Part shown: positions 25,674 to 34,310 of the stretch, piece after piece
Layout: each line of letters opens with the position of its first letter
How positions within the stretch are numbered: the stretch's first letter is position 1
Source: an uncultured bacterium
GTDB taxonomy: Bacteria; Ratteibacteria; UBA8468; B48-G9; JAFGKM01
Direction: 5' to 3'
Assembly (NCBI GenBank): GCA_964413825.1
Contig: CAYPTS010000002.1
Span: forward strand, 1-59,331
Length of the DNA: 59,331 bases
Program-made: the position numbers and the translations under genes
Notes under the pieces: generated by a model
Database searches by the model: none
What the model was told of the DNA's origin: nothing
The model's input: the letters and a program-made list of their open reading frames with translations, nothing else

Positions 25674-26633
25674 GAAATTCCTGCTTTGATGCGTTTTTCC
25701 CGCGCCGTCTATTATAAAAACTTCCACTCCGTTCAATCTGTCCGCGGTTTTTATGCTTTTCTCGACGCCCATGACGTAAAAAGCGGTTGCCAGCGCGTCT
25801 GCCGTTGAGGCGTCAACGGCCGTGACCGTGATGCCCGCCGGTGAATTCTGTACCGTCTTTCCCGTTACTGGGTCTATTATGTGTCCGAATTTTTTCCCCT
25901 TAATCAAAAGGTATCTTTCATAATCTCCGGATGTTGCCACTGCAAATCCGCTGACGTATAAATCTGTAATTAAGACGTCTTTCCTGGAAGGACTCTGTAT
26001 GCCTATGCGCCATTTTTCTCCGCGGGGAGGTCTGCCGAAACAGTAGATATCGCCTCCTGCGTTCACGAGCCCGTTTTTCACGCCGTGTTCTTTAAGGAAT
26101 TCCGCAGTTTTATCGACAATATATCCTTTTGCTATTCCGCCCATATCCAGACCGCAGGGAATTTTTACGGTGGTTCCCTTGATTTCTATCTTGTGCCATC
26201 CCGTACGCGCAAGGCATTCACGGATTTCTTTTTCAACAGGCGGATTCCCTGATAATTCAGCCTGCTTGTAAAGTTCGATAAGGGGCAGTACGGTTATGTC
26301 GAATGCCCCGCCGGTTATTTCGCTTACAACCGTGCTTTTTTTTATGAGTTCGAGCAAATGAAAGGAAACTTCCGCTTTTTTCAGATTGTTCAGCCGTGCC
26401 AGTTCGCTGTCAGGTGTGTGCGCGCTGAAGACTTTCTCCAGTTGTCGGATGTTTTCGAATGCTTTATCCAGTAGCGCTTCATACCCCTGTGTTTTTTCTA
26501 TCTTTATCGCGACAAAGGTTCCGAGAGCCGGTTCCTCCCTCGATACGTAAGAGGGGATACGGTTTCCGTGCAGGATAAGCGCAGTAAGAAGAATTAAAAA
26601 CGTTAGAACGGGAATCAATATAGTTTTTTTCAC
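25653..26633 (-). CDS. apbE: FAD:protein FMN transferase
   Basis: Signal/TM N-terminus. ..GGAFDITV.., DMGGIAKGYIVD, NAGGDI and ..HIIDP.TG. Confidence 0.88.
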   Translation of the reverse strand: MKKTILIPVLTFLILLTALILHGNRIPSYVSREEPALGTFVAIKIEKTQGYEALLDKAFENIRQLEKVFSAHTPDSELARLNNLKKAEVSFHLLELIKKSTVVSEITGGAFDITVLPLIELYKQAELSGNPPVEKEIRECLARTGWHKIEIKGTTVKIPCGLDMGGIAKGYIVDKTAEFLKEHGVKNGLVNAGGDIYCFGRPPRGEKWRIGIQSPSRKDVLITDLYVSGFAVATSGDYERYLLIKGKKFGHIIDPVTGKTVQNSPAGITVTAVDASTADALATAFYVMGVEKSIKTADRLNGVEVFIIDGAGKTHQSRNFSNFALP

Positions 26634-26687
26634 GCGCAGGCCTCTTTGTTCTCCTCTTTCCGCGGGAAACGGCAGGATGAACCGGTT

Positions 26688-27050
26688 CTACCGGATTCTT
26701 GCAAGGAGCGCTTCTTCATCGGGGATATCGGAGGTATCTATTTTTTTGTCCATAAAAGCGTCTATGAAAACGCGGATGAGAGTGTTTTTCGTTATGCGTT
26801 CTTTCCTGTATTCCGGAGCCCTGTTTTTCTGTATGTCGCGTATAAGTTTTTCAAGAAAATCGAGTTGGTCTTCTCTCAAAAGCGAGGTCAGCCGCACGTC
26901 GAAAGTCTTGAATTTCGGCACGTCCTGTTTTTTTTCTGCCTTCTTTTTTTTGGAAATCTGCAGTGTAACTTCCTTTTCCACGGATTTTCTTTCCGTTGAC
27001 GTAGAATTTATCCAGCTCAGCGGGTCTCTTCCCAGTCCTGTTTTTTTCAT
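26688..27050 (-). CDS. Small basic protein downstream of parA with a ParB-like N-terminal GLGR peptide; not a canonical ParB
   Basis: MKKTGLGRDPLSWI.. resembles the ParB N-terminal (K/R)GLGRGL..LI ParA-stimulating peptide. The rest is a K/E-rich linker and an approximately 70-aa helical region. No ParB/Srx or HTH motifs recognised. Confidence 0.5.
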   Translation of the reverse strand: MKKTGLGRDPLSWINSTSTERKSVEKEVTLQISKKKKAEKKQDVPKFKTFDVRLTSLLREDQLDFLEKLIRDIQKNRAPEYRKERITKNTLIRVFIDAFMDKKIDTSDIPDEEALLARIR

Positions 27051-27105
27051 TTTTTTCTTTTCTCCTGGTTAGCGGGTTACGAAATAATAAAATGGTTCAT
27101 TTTCT

Positions 27106-27867
27106 TTATTTAGGACCCCGCAGGATTTCAGCCGTAAGTTTTTTATAATCTTCCCAGCCGTGACTGCCCGGTGCGAAATCCTTGATGGTTTTTCCGAAGC
27201 CGGGCGCTTCTGCCAACCGCACGTTTTCTCGTATCTTTGTTTTTAAGACTTTGTTCTTGAAATGATTTTTCACTTTTCCCGCCACATCCCTGCATATGTT
27301 TTTCCTCGCATCGAACATCGTGATTATTATTCCGGTTATCTTAGTATCGGAATTCAGCCGCTTCTTTACTATTTCTATTGTTTGCATTAATTTTGTAAGT
27401 CCTTCGAGGGCGAAGAATTCCGCCTGTATGGGAATGAATACTTCATTTGCCGTGGTCAGGGCGTTCAGAGTCAAAAGCCCGAGGGACGGCGGACAGTCTA
27501 TAATTATGTAGTCGAAATCCGTCCTGCTTTTTTTAAGGGCGTCCCTTAAAATTATCTCCCGGCCTATTTCGTTGACGAGTTCTATCTCCGCGCTTGCCAG
27601 TTCTATGCTGGCGGGAATGAGAAAAAGATTCTTTTGATAGGTGGGGAGAAGTACGTCTTTCAATGGAGTTTTCTTTATGAGAACGTCATAGACGGATTTT
27701 TTTATCTCCGGCGGTTCGAAACCGAGATGGATGGTTGTGTGCGACTGGGGGTCGAGGTCTATCAGAAGAACCTTCTTGTCCTTCTGTGCGAGAAATGCTC
27801 CCGTGTTCACAACAGTCGTGGTTTTTCCCGAACCGCCCTTCTGGTTTATGACCGCTATCTTTCTCAT
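27106..27867 (-). CDS. parA: ParA/Soj family partition ATPase
   Basis: MRKIAVINQKGGSGKTTT deviant Walker A with the signature Lys, then ..LLIDLDPQ.. and ..IIIDCPPSLG. Confidence 0.9.
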   Translation of the reverse strand: MRKIAVINQKGGSGKTTTVVNTGAFLAQKDKKVLLIDLDPQSHTTIHLGFEPPEIKKSVYDVLIKKTPLKDVLLPTYQKNLFLIPASIELASAEIELVNEIGREIILRDALKKSRTDFDYIIIDCPPSLGLLTLNALTTANEVFIPIQAEFFALEGLTKLMQTIEIVKKRLNSDTKITGIIITMFDARKNICRDVAGKVKNHFKNKVLKTKIRENVRLAEAPGFGKTIKDFAPGSHGWEDYKKLTAEILRGPK

Positions 27868-27964
27868 TGTGTCTCCCCCCATGTATGAACTTCAGAACTT
27901 CGCAATAATATAAAACAATATCCGTTTTTTGTCAAGAGGGATTTTTAATGGTATCCTTTCGATT

Positions 27965-28819
27965 ATGGAGATAACGGGAAAAACGAAGGTCACGGGGGTT
28001 TTCGGATATCCTGTCAGGCATTCGCTTTCGCCGGTTTTTCAGAATGCGGCATTCGTGTGTCTGAACCTTGATTACGTATATGTTCCCATGGAGGTTTTGC
28101 CCGAACGCATCGGGGAGGCAATAGGGGGGATAAGAGCGCTGAACTTTGCTGGTGTAAATCTTACCATTCCCCATAAAAAGACGGTGTTGCGGTATCTCGA
28201 CGAGATTGACGGAGATGCGGATATTCTCGGAGTTGTCAATACGGTTGTCAATAAAAACGGCAGGCTGAAAGGATACAGTACCGACGGTAGCGGTTTTGTG
28301 CGCTCGCTCAAGGAGCATAAAAGCGGTTTCGGTCTCCGCGGGAAAAATGTTTTTATCCTCGGAGCAGGGGGGTCTGCTTATGCCATTGCGGGTGCGCTGG
28401 TGAAAGAAAAGGTTTCTAAAATTTACGTGTGCAACAGAACTCCGGAACGGGCTTTGCAACTGGCAAAACATCTTTCGAAGAAACTCGGTTTCCGCGGAGC
28501 GGTATGTGTGCCTTTCGACGACAGGAATAACAAAAAATATTGGAAAAGCGTGCATCTGACGGTTAATACGACGTCGGTAGGCATGAAAGACGGCGACCCT
28601 ATGCTGGTAACCCCGGGCAATCTTAAAGACAGGGAATTTGTTTACGACCTTGTATACAACAGAAAAACCGAACTGGTAAGAACTGCGGAAAAATACGGGG
28701 TAAATTGTCTTGACGGGTTGTCGATGCTGATTTATCAGGGGGCGGTTTCCTTTGAACTGTGGACAGGGAAAATGGCCCCCGTGTCCGTGATGAAGCAGTC
28801 CGTTGGACTGCCGGAGTGA
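27965..28819 (+). CDS. aroE: Shikimate dehydrogenase
   Basis: GYPVRHSLSPVFQNAAF, GVNLTIPHK, NTV, GYSTDG and ILGAGGSAYA. Confidence 0.9.
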   Translation: MEITGKTKVTGVFGYPVRHSLSPVFQNAAFVCLNLDYVYVPMEVLPERIGEAIGGIRALNFAGVNLTIPHKKTVLRYLDEIDGDADILGVVNTVVNKNGRLKGYSTDGSGFVRSLKEHKSGFGLRGKNVFILGAGGSAYAIAGALVKEKVSKIYVCNRTPERALQLAKHLSKKLGFRGAVCVPFDDRNNKKYWKSVHLTVNTTSVGMKDGDPMLVTPGNLKDREFVYDLVYNRKTELVRTAEKYGVNCLDGLSMLIYQGAVSFELWTGKMAPVSVMKQSVGLPE

Positions 28820-28834
28820 ACGGACATTATTTAC

Positions 28835-28864
28835 TTGACAATTTATAAAGCGTTGTGGTATATT
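28835..28864 (+). promoter_or_regulatory. Sigma70-like promoter TTGACA-18 nt-(TGg)TATATT
   Basis: TTGACA at 28835-28840 and an extended -10 TGGTATATT at 28856-28864. It would transcribe leader-element C copy 1 and the small membrane protein gene. Confidence 0.6.
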
Positions 28865-28890
28865 TACGAAAGTTAAAGAAAGACACAAGC

Positions 28891-29048
28891 AAAATCATAA
28901 CCCCTCACTGCACTTGTCATTGCGAGGCAGAGCCGAAGCAATCTTGTATTAAGGTTGAGATTGCCGCGCCGGAAGACGCCCGCCTACGTCAAGATTACGG
29001 CGGACATGGCTCGCAACGGCAGAAAGCGCCGGTTCGGGGTAAAGGAGG
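28891..29048 (+). repeat. Leader-element type C, copy 1 (with about 40-nt internal insertion)
   Basis: AAAATCATAACCCCTCAC..CTTGTCATTGCGAGGCAGAGCCGAAGCAATC..TTAAGGTTGAGATTGCCGCGCC..GGCTCGCAA..CGGTTCGGGGTAAAGGAGG. Confidence 0.9.
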
Positions 29049-29056
29049 CAAGAAAA

Positions 29057-29290
29057 ATGGGAGCGTTGATTGGCGGAATAGTGGCTGTAATTCTCGGGAT
29101 ATGGGGACTTGCCGCGTGGTGGCCTTATTTTGTAAAGGCTCTTATGGCGTCGGTTCCTTTTCTGCTTCTTGTAGGTGGAGTCATAGCGGTTGCCGCGGGG
29201 ATAAGCGACATTAAAGATAAGATGGAAGAAAAGAAAGAGAAAAAAGAAGAGAAACCCGAAGCAAAAAGCGAAGAAAAACCTGCTCAGTAA
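29057..29290 (+). CDS. Small two-TM membrane protein with K/E-rich tail
   Basis: MGALIGGIVAVILGIWGLAAWW..VPFLLLVGGVIAVAAG.. then EEKKEKKEEKPEAK. The RBS AAAGGAGG comes from the leader element. The tracked ORF start at 28955 reads through the repeat. Confidence 0.5.
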   Translation: MGALIGGIVAVILGIWGLAAWWPYFVKALMASVPFLLLVGGVIAVAAGISDIKDKMEEKKEKKEEKPEAKSEEKPAQ

Positions 29291-29313
29291 AAATAACAAA
29301 AACTGGAAACGTT

Positions 29314-29349
29314 AGAGGGGGAGTTGTCACAACTCCCCCTCTTTTTTTA
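29314..29349. terminator. Bidirectional rho-independent terminator
   Basis: Perfect 13-bp stem AGAGGGGGAGTTG-tca-CAACTCCCCCTCT followed by TTTTTTT, between the convergent small membrane protein gene and leuS. Confidence 0.8.
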
Positions 29350-29355
29350 TTCGGG

Positions 29356-31803
29356 TTATTTAACGACGAGGTTAAGTATTTTGTCCTGAACGTACACTTT
29401 CTTGACGATGGTTTTGCTTTCAAGCCATTTTGATATGCCCGGGTCGGCAAGGACTTTTTTGATGACGTCGGGTTCAGGCGAACCCGAGGCAACGCTTATC
29501 CTGCCTCGTACTTTTCCGTTTATCTGAACGGCTACGGAGGATTCCTTGTCTTCGAGAAACTCTTCTTTTACCTCCGGCCATGATTCGTGGAATATGGATT
29601 TCCCCCCGTTTCTTCCCGCCCAGAGTTCTTCGCACAGGTGCGGAATGAACGGAGCCATGAGTATGATAAAGCGGTTCCACACGCCGGATAATTTTTCTTT
29701 GGAGCACTGGTTTTCTGCAACGAGCCGGTGCAGGGTGTTTGTAAACTCCATCATTTTTGCGATGGCGGTATTGAAATGAAATTCCTTTCCTATGTCGTTG
29801 GTAACGGCCTTAATAGTCCTGTTAATAAGTTTTTCTGCGGCAATGTCGCCGCCGTCTTTGCCGGCGGCAGTGTATCCCGCAATGTTCTTGTTCAGCGTCC
29901 ATATCCTGTTTATGAATCTCCATGTGCCTTCAATGCCTTTTTCCGACCATTCAAGGTCCAGTTCCGGAGGCGCGGCGAAAAGTATGAACAGCCGCAGGGT
30001 ATCCACCCCGTAATTTTTTATTACTTCTTCAGGGTCGATAACGTTGCCCTTGGACTTGGACATTTTCGAACCGTCTTTTATCACCATTCCCTGGCAGAGA
30101 AGATTTTCAAACGGTTCGTTGAAATCAAGATAGCCAAGGTCGTTTAAAACCTTAACGAAAAACCTGCTGTAAAGAAGGTGCAGTATCGCGTGTTCTATGC
30201 CGCCTATGTACTGGTCGACCGGTATCCAGTAGTTTACCTCTTCCCTGTTAAACGGCTTATCCTCCGTGTTCCCTGAAGCATACCTCAGAAAATACCATGA
30301 CGAGTCCATGAAGGTGTCCATCGTATCCGTTTCTCTTTCGGCGTCTCCTCCGCAGGCGGGGCATTTGCATTTTAAAAATTCAGGGACGTTTTTGAGAGGG
30401 GATTCTCCCTTTCCTGTGAGTTCGACGTTATCCGGCAGTCTGACCGGCAGGTCTTTTTCAGGCACGGGAACTGTCCCGCATTTACTGCAGTATATCACGG
30501 GAATGGGCGTTCCCCAGTATCTCTGCCTCGAGATGCACCAGTCCCGCAGACTGTAGTTTACGGTTCCCTTTCCTTTTCCGGCTTTCTCCATGTCTTCCGT
30601 TATCGCCTTGATGCAGGCGGCATTTGTCATGCCGTCAAACTTGCCGGAGTTCACCATGACGCCTGCATCTTCATATGCGTTCTCAATCGTTTCCGGTACG
30701 CCTGCCCACTCTGGATTTTTTATTACAACCTTTACGGGCAGTTTGTACTTGCCTGCGAATTCAAAGTCCCTCTGGTCATGGGCCGGCACCGCCATGATTG
30801 CACCGGTTCCGTATTCCATAAGGACGTAATTTCCCAGCCATATCGGAATCTGTTCGTTGTTTACGGGGTTTACCGCCGTTATGCCGGTGAAAACGCCTTC
30901 CTTCTCCATCTTTACGCTGGATTCGACAGTTACGTTCTGATTCTTTGCCTTCGCAAGGAATTTTTCAACATCCTGTCTGCATGGACTTTTTTCCATAATG
31001 TCTTTTATCATGGGATGCCGCGGCGACATCACCACGTAGGTGGCTCCGAACAGCGTATCCGGCCTGGTTGTAAATACCCTGAGGTCTTTGTTCAGGGAAG
31101 GCACGGCAAAATGGACCTCACAGCCGTGGCTTTTGCCTATCCAGTTTTTCTGCATCGTGATGACGCGCTCGGGCCAGTTGCGTATTCCGGAAAAATTCAG
31201 CAGTTTCTCCGCATAATCGGTGATTTTTATGAACCACTGCGAAAGTTCTTTCTGTTCCACCGGCGAACCGCATCTCCAGCATCCTCCGTCCACGACCTGT
31301 TCGTTTGCCAGAACAGTACTGCAGGACGGACACCAGTTGGCGGGCGAGAATTTTTTATATACGAGGCCTTTTTTATAAAACTGCAGGAAAAAATACTGGT
31401 TCCACCTGTAATATTCAGGGTCGCAGGTAGCAAGTTCCCGTTCCCAGCAGTAGGATATTCCAAGTTTTTTGAACTGCTTTCCTATGGTTGCAATGTTTCT
31501 GTATGTCCATTCTTTTGGGTGTATCTTCTGTTTTATGGCGGCGTTTTCGGCAGGCATTCCGAATGCGTCATATCCTATGGGATGCAGGATGTTGTAATTG
31601 TTGAGCATGAAAAACCTTGCTATGACGTCGCCTATGGTGTAATTCCTCACGTGTCCCATGTGTATCTGGGCGGAGGTGTATGGAAACATTTCAAGAACGT
31701 AAAATTTCTTTTTGTCCTTTATAAACTGCGCCTTATAGATTCCCGACTCTGCCCATTTCTTCTGCCACTTCTCTTCCACTTCCTCAAAATTGTATTTTTC
31801 CAT
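29356..31803 (-). CDS. leuS: Leucine--tRNA ligase
   Basis: MEKYNFEEVEEKWQKKW, PYTSAQIHMGHVRNY (HIGH-type) and KMSKSKGNV. Start at the internal Met 31803. Confidence 0.97.
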   Translation of the reverse strand: MEKYNFEEVEEKWQKKWAESGIYKAQFIKDKKKFYVLEMFPYTSAQIHMGHVRNYTIGDVIARFFMLNNYNILHPIGYDAFGMPAENAAIKQKIHPKEWTYRNIATIGKQFKKLGISYCWERELATCDPEYYRWNQYFFLQFYKKGLVYKKFSPANWCPSCSTVLANEQVVDGGCWRCGSPVEQKELSQWFIKITDYAEKLLNFSGIRNWPERVITMQKNWIGKSHGCEVHFAVPSLNKDLRVFTTRPDTLFGATYVVMSPRHPMIKDIMEKSPCRQDVEKFLAKAKNQNVTVESSVKMEKEGVFTGITAVNPVNNEQIPIWLGNYVLMEYGTGAIMAVPAHDQRDFEFAGKYKLPVKVVIKNPEWAGVPETIENAYEDAGVMVNSGKFDGMTNAACIKAITEDMEKAGKGKGTVNYSLRDWCISRQRYWGTPIPVIYCSKCGTVPVPEKDLPVRLPDNVELTGKGESPLKNVPEFLKCKCPACGGDAERETDTMDTFMDSSWYFLRYASGNTEDKPFNREEVNYWIPVDQYIGGIEHAILHLLYSRFFVKVLNDLGYLDFNEPFENLLCQGMVIKDGSKMSKSKGNVIDPEEVIKNYGVDTLRLFILFAAPPELDLEWSEKGIEGTWRFINRIWTLNKNIAGYTAAGKDGGDIAAEKLINRTIKAVTNDIGKEFHFNTAIAKMMEFTNTLHRLVAENQCSKEKLSGVWNRFIILMAPFIPHLCEELWAGRNGGKSIFHESWPEVKEEFLEDKESSVAVQINGKVRGRISVASGSPEPDVIKKVLADPGISKWLESKTIVKKVYVQDKILNLVVK

Positions 31804-31878
31804 TATGGCTCTCCTATCTCCATAAATATACTTCAAATTAGGTTTTATTTCAATTTTAGTGAAATTTCCGCCGGCCCC

Positions 31879-31906
31879 TTGACAAAAAAAATATATGGTG
31901 TATAAT
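31879..31906 (+). promoter_or_regulatory. Sigma70-like promoter TTGACA-16 nt-TATAAT
   Basis: TTGACA at 31879-31884 and TATAAT at 31901-31906, upstream of the regulator gene at 31940. Confidence 0.6.
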
Positions 31907-31939
31907 ACATGTGTAAACAAGTGAAAAAGAGAGGGAAAG

Positions 31940-33055
31940 ATGAACAAGAAGCCCGAACCTATCTATGCAAAGATAGAAAGCGACATTCAGAAACAGATAA
32001 AAGAGGGGAAACTCAAACCCGACCAGCCTATTCCTTCGGAAAACCTGCTTTCGAAACAATACGGGATGAGCAGGACGTCTGTAAGAACCGCTCTTGAGAA
32101 CCTGAAAGAGCAGGGTGTTATCTATACCATTGTCGGAAAGGGGAGTTTTGTAAAAGGTTACGGGATTGTAAAAGAGAACAACAAGAGGATAGCGTTTATA
32201 GTTCACGGGCTTGAGAACTCCGATTTGGACATCTATAAGGGAATAGAAGATACTCTGCAGGAAGAAGGTTTCACCCTTGCGATATACAACTCTGAAAGGA
32301 GTATAGAAAAAGAAAACAGAAACATAAAGAACCTGTTGCATGGGAACGAAACAGGCGCGATAATTTTTCCCAACTGGGGCGGGACAAACGCCGATGTCAT
32401 ATATGAACTGACGAGGGTAGGTTATCCGTTTGTTTTGATAGACAGGTATTTCCCCGGATTTGAGACAGACTATGTGGTAACGGATAACAAAAAGGGTGGA
32501 TACATGGCCGCCGAATACCTGATAAAACTGGGACATACGCGGATAGGGTTGCTGTCCGCTATACAGTGTACCGCAATAAGAGACAGGATTGACGGTTATC
32601 AGGATGCTCTGCGTGATAACAAGATACTGCTTGACCTTGCCCTTATGAAGAAGGTTCCCCAAAATGACAAGTATTTGAAGGAAGAACCGTCAAACGGGGG
32701 TTACAAAGAAACCAAGGAGTTACTGAAGGAGAAACCCACCGCGATATTTGCGACGAACGATTTTCTTGCAAGGACAGCGTTAAGGGCGATACGGGAAGAA
32801 GGGTTATCCGTACCGGATGACATATCTGTAGTCGGTTTTGACAACCAGAAATTCTCCGGATATCTGGGATTAACCACTATTGCCCAGCCGTTTTATGATA
32901 TGGGTGCACAGGCTACAAAGATACTCATCGGAAAGATAAGGGGAAAACAGGAGAGGAAGCAGATATATCTGTCTCCCGAACTGGTTATAAGAGAAAGTTG
33001 CGCAGGTTATAAGACATCCACACCAAGGAAACAGAAAGCAGTGTCAGTCCGGTAA
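31940..33055 (+). CDS. AraR-like regulator: GntR wHTH N-domain fused to a LacI-type periplasmic-binding-fold sugar sensor
   Basis: IYAKIE.DI...I..G.L.P...IPSEN.L..QYGMSRTSVR.AL..L...G.I....GKG.FV, followed by a PBP1-like domain (..TAIFATNDFLA.. and VVGFDN). Confidence 0.8.
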   Translation: MNKKPEPIYAKIESDIQKQIKEGKLKPDQPIPSENLLSKQYGMSRTSVRTALENLKEQGVIYTIVGKGSFVKGYGIVKENNKRIAFIVHGLENSDLDIYKGIEDTLQEEGFTLAIYNSERSIEKENRNIKNLLHGNETGAIIFPNWGGTNADVIYELTRVGYPFVLIDRYFPGFETDYVVTDNKKGGYMAAEYLIKLGHTRIGLLSAIQCTAIRDRIDGYQDALRDNKILLDLALMKKVPQNDKYLKEEPSNGGYKETKELLKEKPTAIFATNDFLARTALRAIREEGLSVPDDISVVGFDNQKFSGYLGLTTIAQPFYDMGAQATKILIGKIRGKQERKQIYLSPELVIRESCAGYKTSTPRKQKAVSVR

Positions 33056-33062
33056 AAGATAG

Positions 33063-33170
33063 TAAATCGAAGCTCCTCAGCACTTGTCATTGCGAGCGGA
33101 AGCGAAGCAATCTCAATGACAATTCGACAAACAGCGTTCCCCGTAAAACAAAAACGGGGCAAACGGGAAC
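33063..33170 (+). repeat. Composite leader element: type C 5' arm fused to the type B core hairpin
   Basis: TAAATCGAAGCTCCTCAGCACTTGTCATTGCGAGCGGAAGCGAAGCAATCTC.. followed by GTTCCCCGTAAAACAAAAACGGGGCAAACGGGAA. Confidence 0.8.
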
Positions 33171-33179
33171 GGTAGATAC

Positions 33180-34310
33180 ATGACATCAAAAGAGAGATTG
33201 TTGGCTGCGGCAGATTTCAAAAAAACCGACAGGGTGCCCATAGAACTGCAAATCGGTGAAAAAGAGAGAGCGTTGCCTGAATGCAGTCGGATAGCGGCTT
33301 TTATGGACAGTGAAGCCGATAACTTCATGGGAGTTGCCGGGGCTGACTGGGGATTTTTCGGGCTTCCCTGCACATACCGCGAGGAAATGATTGAGGACCG
33401 TCCCGGAGCATTCAGGCGCGTGAAAAGAGTCTTTGACACGAAAGCAGGGGAGTTCTTTGCTATAACGAAGCATTTTTATCCCCATGTTGACAGTTCCGAT
33501 TATCACTGGGAAAAACGTTATATCACCTGCCTTGACGACCTTCAGCGCCTGACAGATGCTTCACGCACTGCCTGTCCCGTGCTTGCCGATGATTACCGTG
33601 CCGGGCTTGCAAAAATAGGAGAGAGGGGACTTGCTTTTGCCCCGCGTCTGCATCCCCTCGGAACGCTTGTACGGTGGTCAACAATGGAAGAGGTGTACGG
33701 ATGGTTTGTTTCCGAGCCGGCCATTATTCACCGTTTTCTCGAAAATGCCAACCGGCAGGTATGCGAAACAATTGTAGAGATGGGAAAGTCCGGCATTTCC
33801 CCGTGGTTCATGACCTGGGCGCATGAGATGTTGATACCGCCGTGGCTTGGACGCAGGCATTTTGATGAACTGGTATTTCCCTACGACAAGGCAGTGCATG
33901 ACGCGATACATTCTATCGGCGGCAAAGTCCGCGCCCACTGCCACGGCAATCCCATGAAATTTCTTGAAAGGATGGCGGAGATGGGGATAGATTCGATTGA
34001 GCCGCTTGAGCCGCCTCCATGGGGCGACGTCGACCTGAAGGAAGCCAAGCGGCTCGTGGGCGACAGGATGCTTCTTTCGGGCAACATCCCTTCGCAGAAT
34101 TTCCCGTTTATGAGCAGACAGCAGGTGGAAGAAAGTGTCAGAAAAGCGATTTCGGATGCGGCATCCGGCGGAGGTTTTACCCTGCGGATGACCGGGGGAG
34201 ATGGCGAAGTAAACGCAGAACTTCCACCAGAAATGCTCAAGAAAATAATAGAGAACGTTGAGGCATATATTGAAGCGGGTTTGAAATATGGCATATATGG
34301 GGATGTATGA
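33180..34310 (+). CDS. Uroporphyrinogen decarboxylase (URO-D)-like family protein of unknown substrate
   Basis: MTSKERLLAA..FKKTDRVP N-terminus and overall URO-D/MtaA-like pattern (..D.IEPLEP.. and ..L.GNI....). Confidence 0.7.
   Translation: MTSKERLLAAADFKKTDRVPIELQIGEKERALPECSRIAAFMDSEADNFMGVAGADWGFFGLPCTYREEMIEDRPGAFRRVKRVFDTKAGEFFAITKHFYPHVDSSDYHWEKRYITCLDDLQRLTDASRTACPVLADDYRAGLAKIGERGLAFAPRLHPLGTLVRWSTMEEVYGWFVSEPAIIHRFLENANRQVCETIVEMGKSGISPWFMTWAHEMLIPPWLGRRHFDELVFPYDKAVHDAIHSIGGKVRAHCHGNPMKFLERMAEMGIDSIEPLEPPPWGDVDLKEAKRLVGDRMLLSGNIPSQNFPFMSRQQVEESVRKAISDAASGGGFTLRMTGGDGEVNAELPPEMLKKIIENVEAYIEAGLKYGIYGDV

Noticed and set aside
27932-28888. 318-aa minus-strand ORF covering the whole aroE gene
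   Set aside because: It is a shadow ORF antisense to a gene with clear shikimate dehydrogenase motifs. The translation is R/F/H-rich with no recognisable motif or RBS.
28955-29056. N-terminal extension of the small membrane protein through leader-element C1, and minus-strand ORFs 48988-49281 and 51504-51750 giving ..LRLRLAMTSA / ..LRLRPAMASG peptides
   Set aside because: These are translations of the palindromic type C repeat in either orientation. The real downstream genes have their own RBS (AAAGGAG) and ATG just after the element.
30778-31905. 375-aa plus-strand ORF inside leuS, and similar long ORFs at 14589-15401, 51763-52593, 39108-39806 and 6282-6968
   Set aside because: All lie antisense to genes with strong family signatures, and none shows motifs, RBS or sensible composition.
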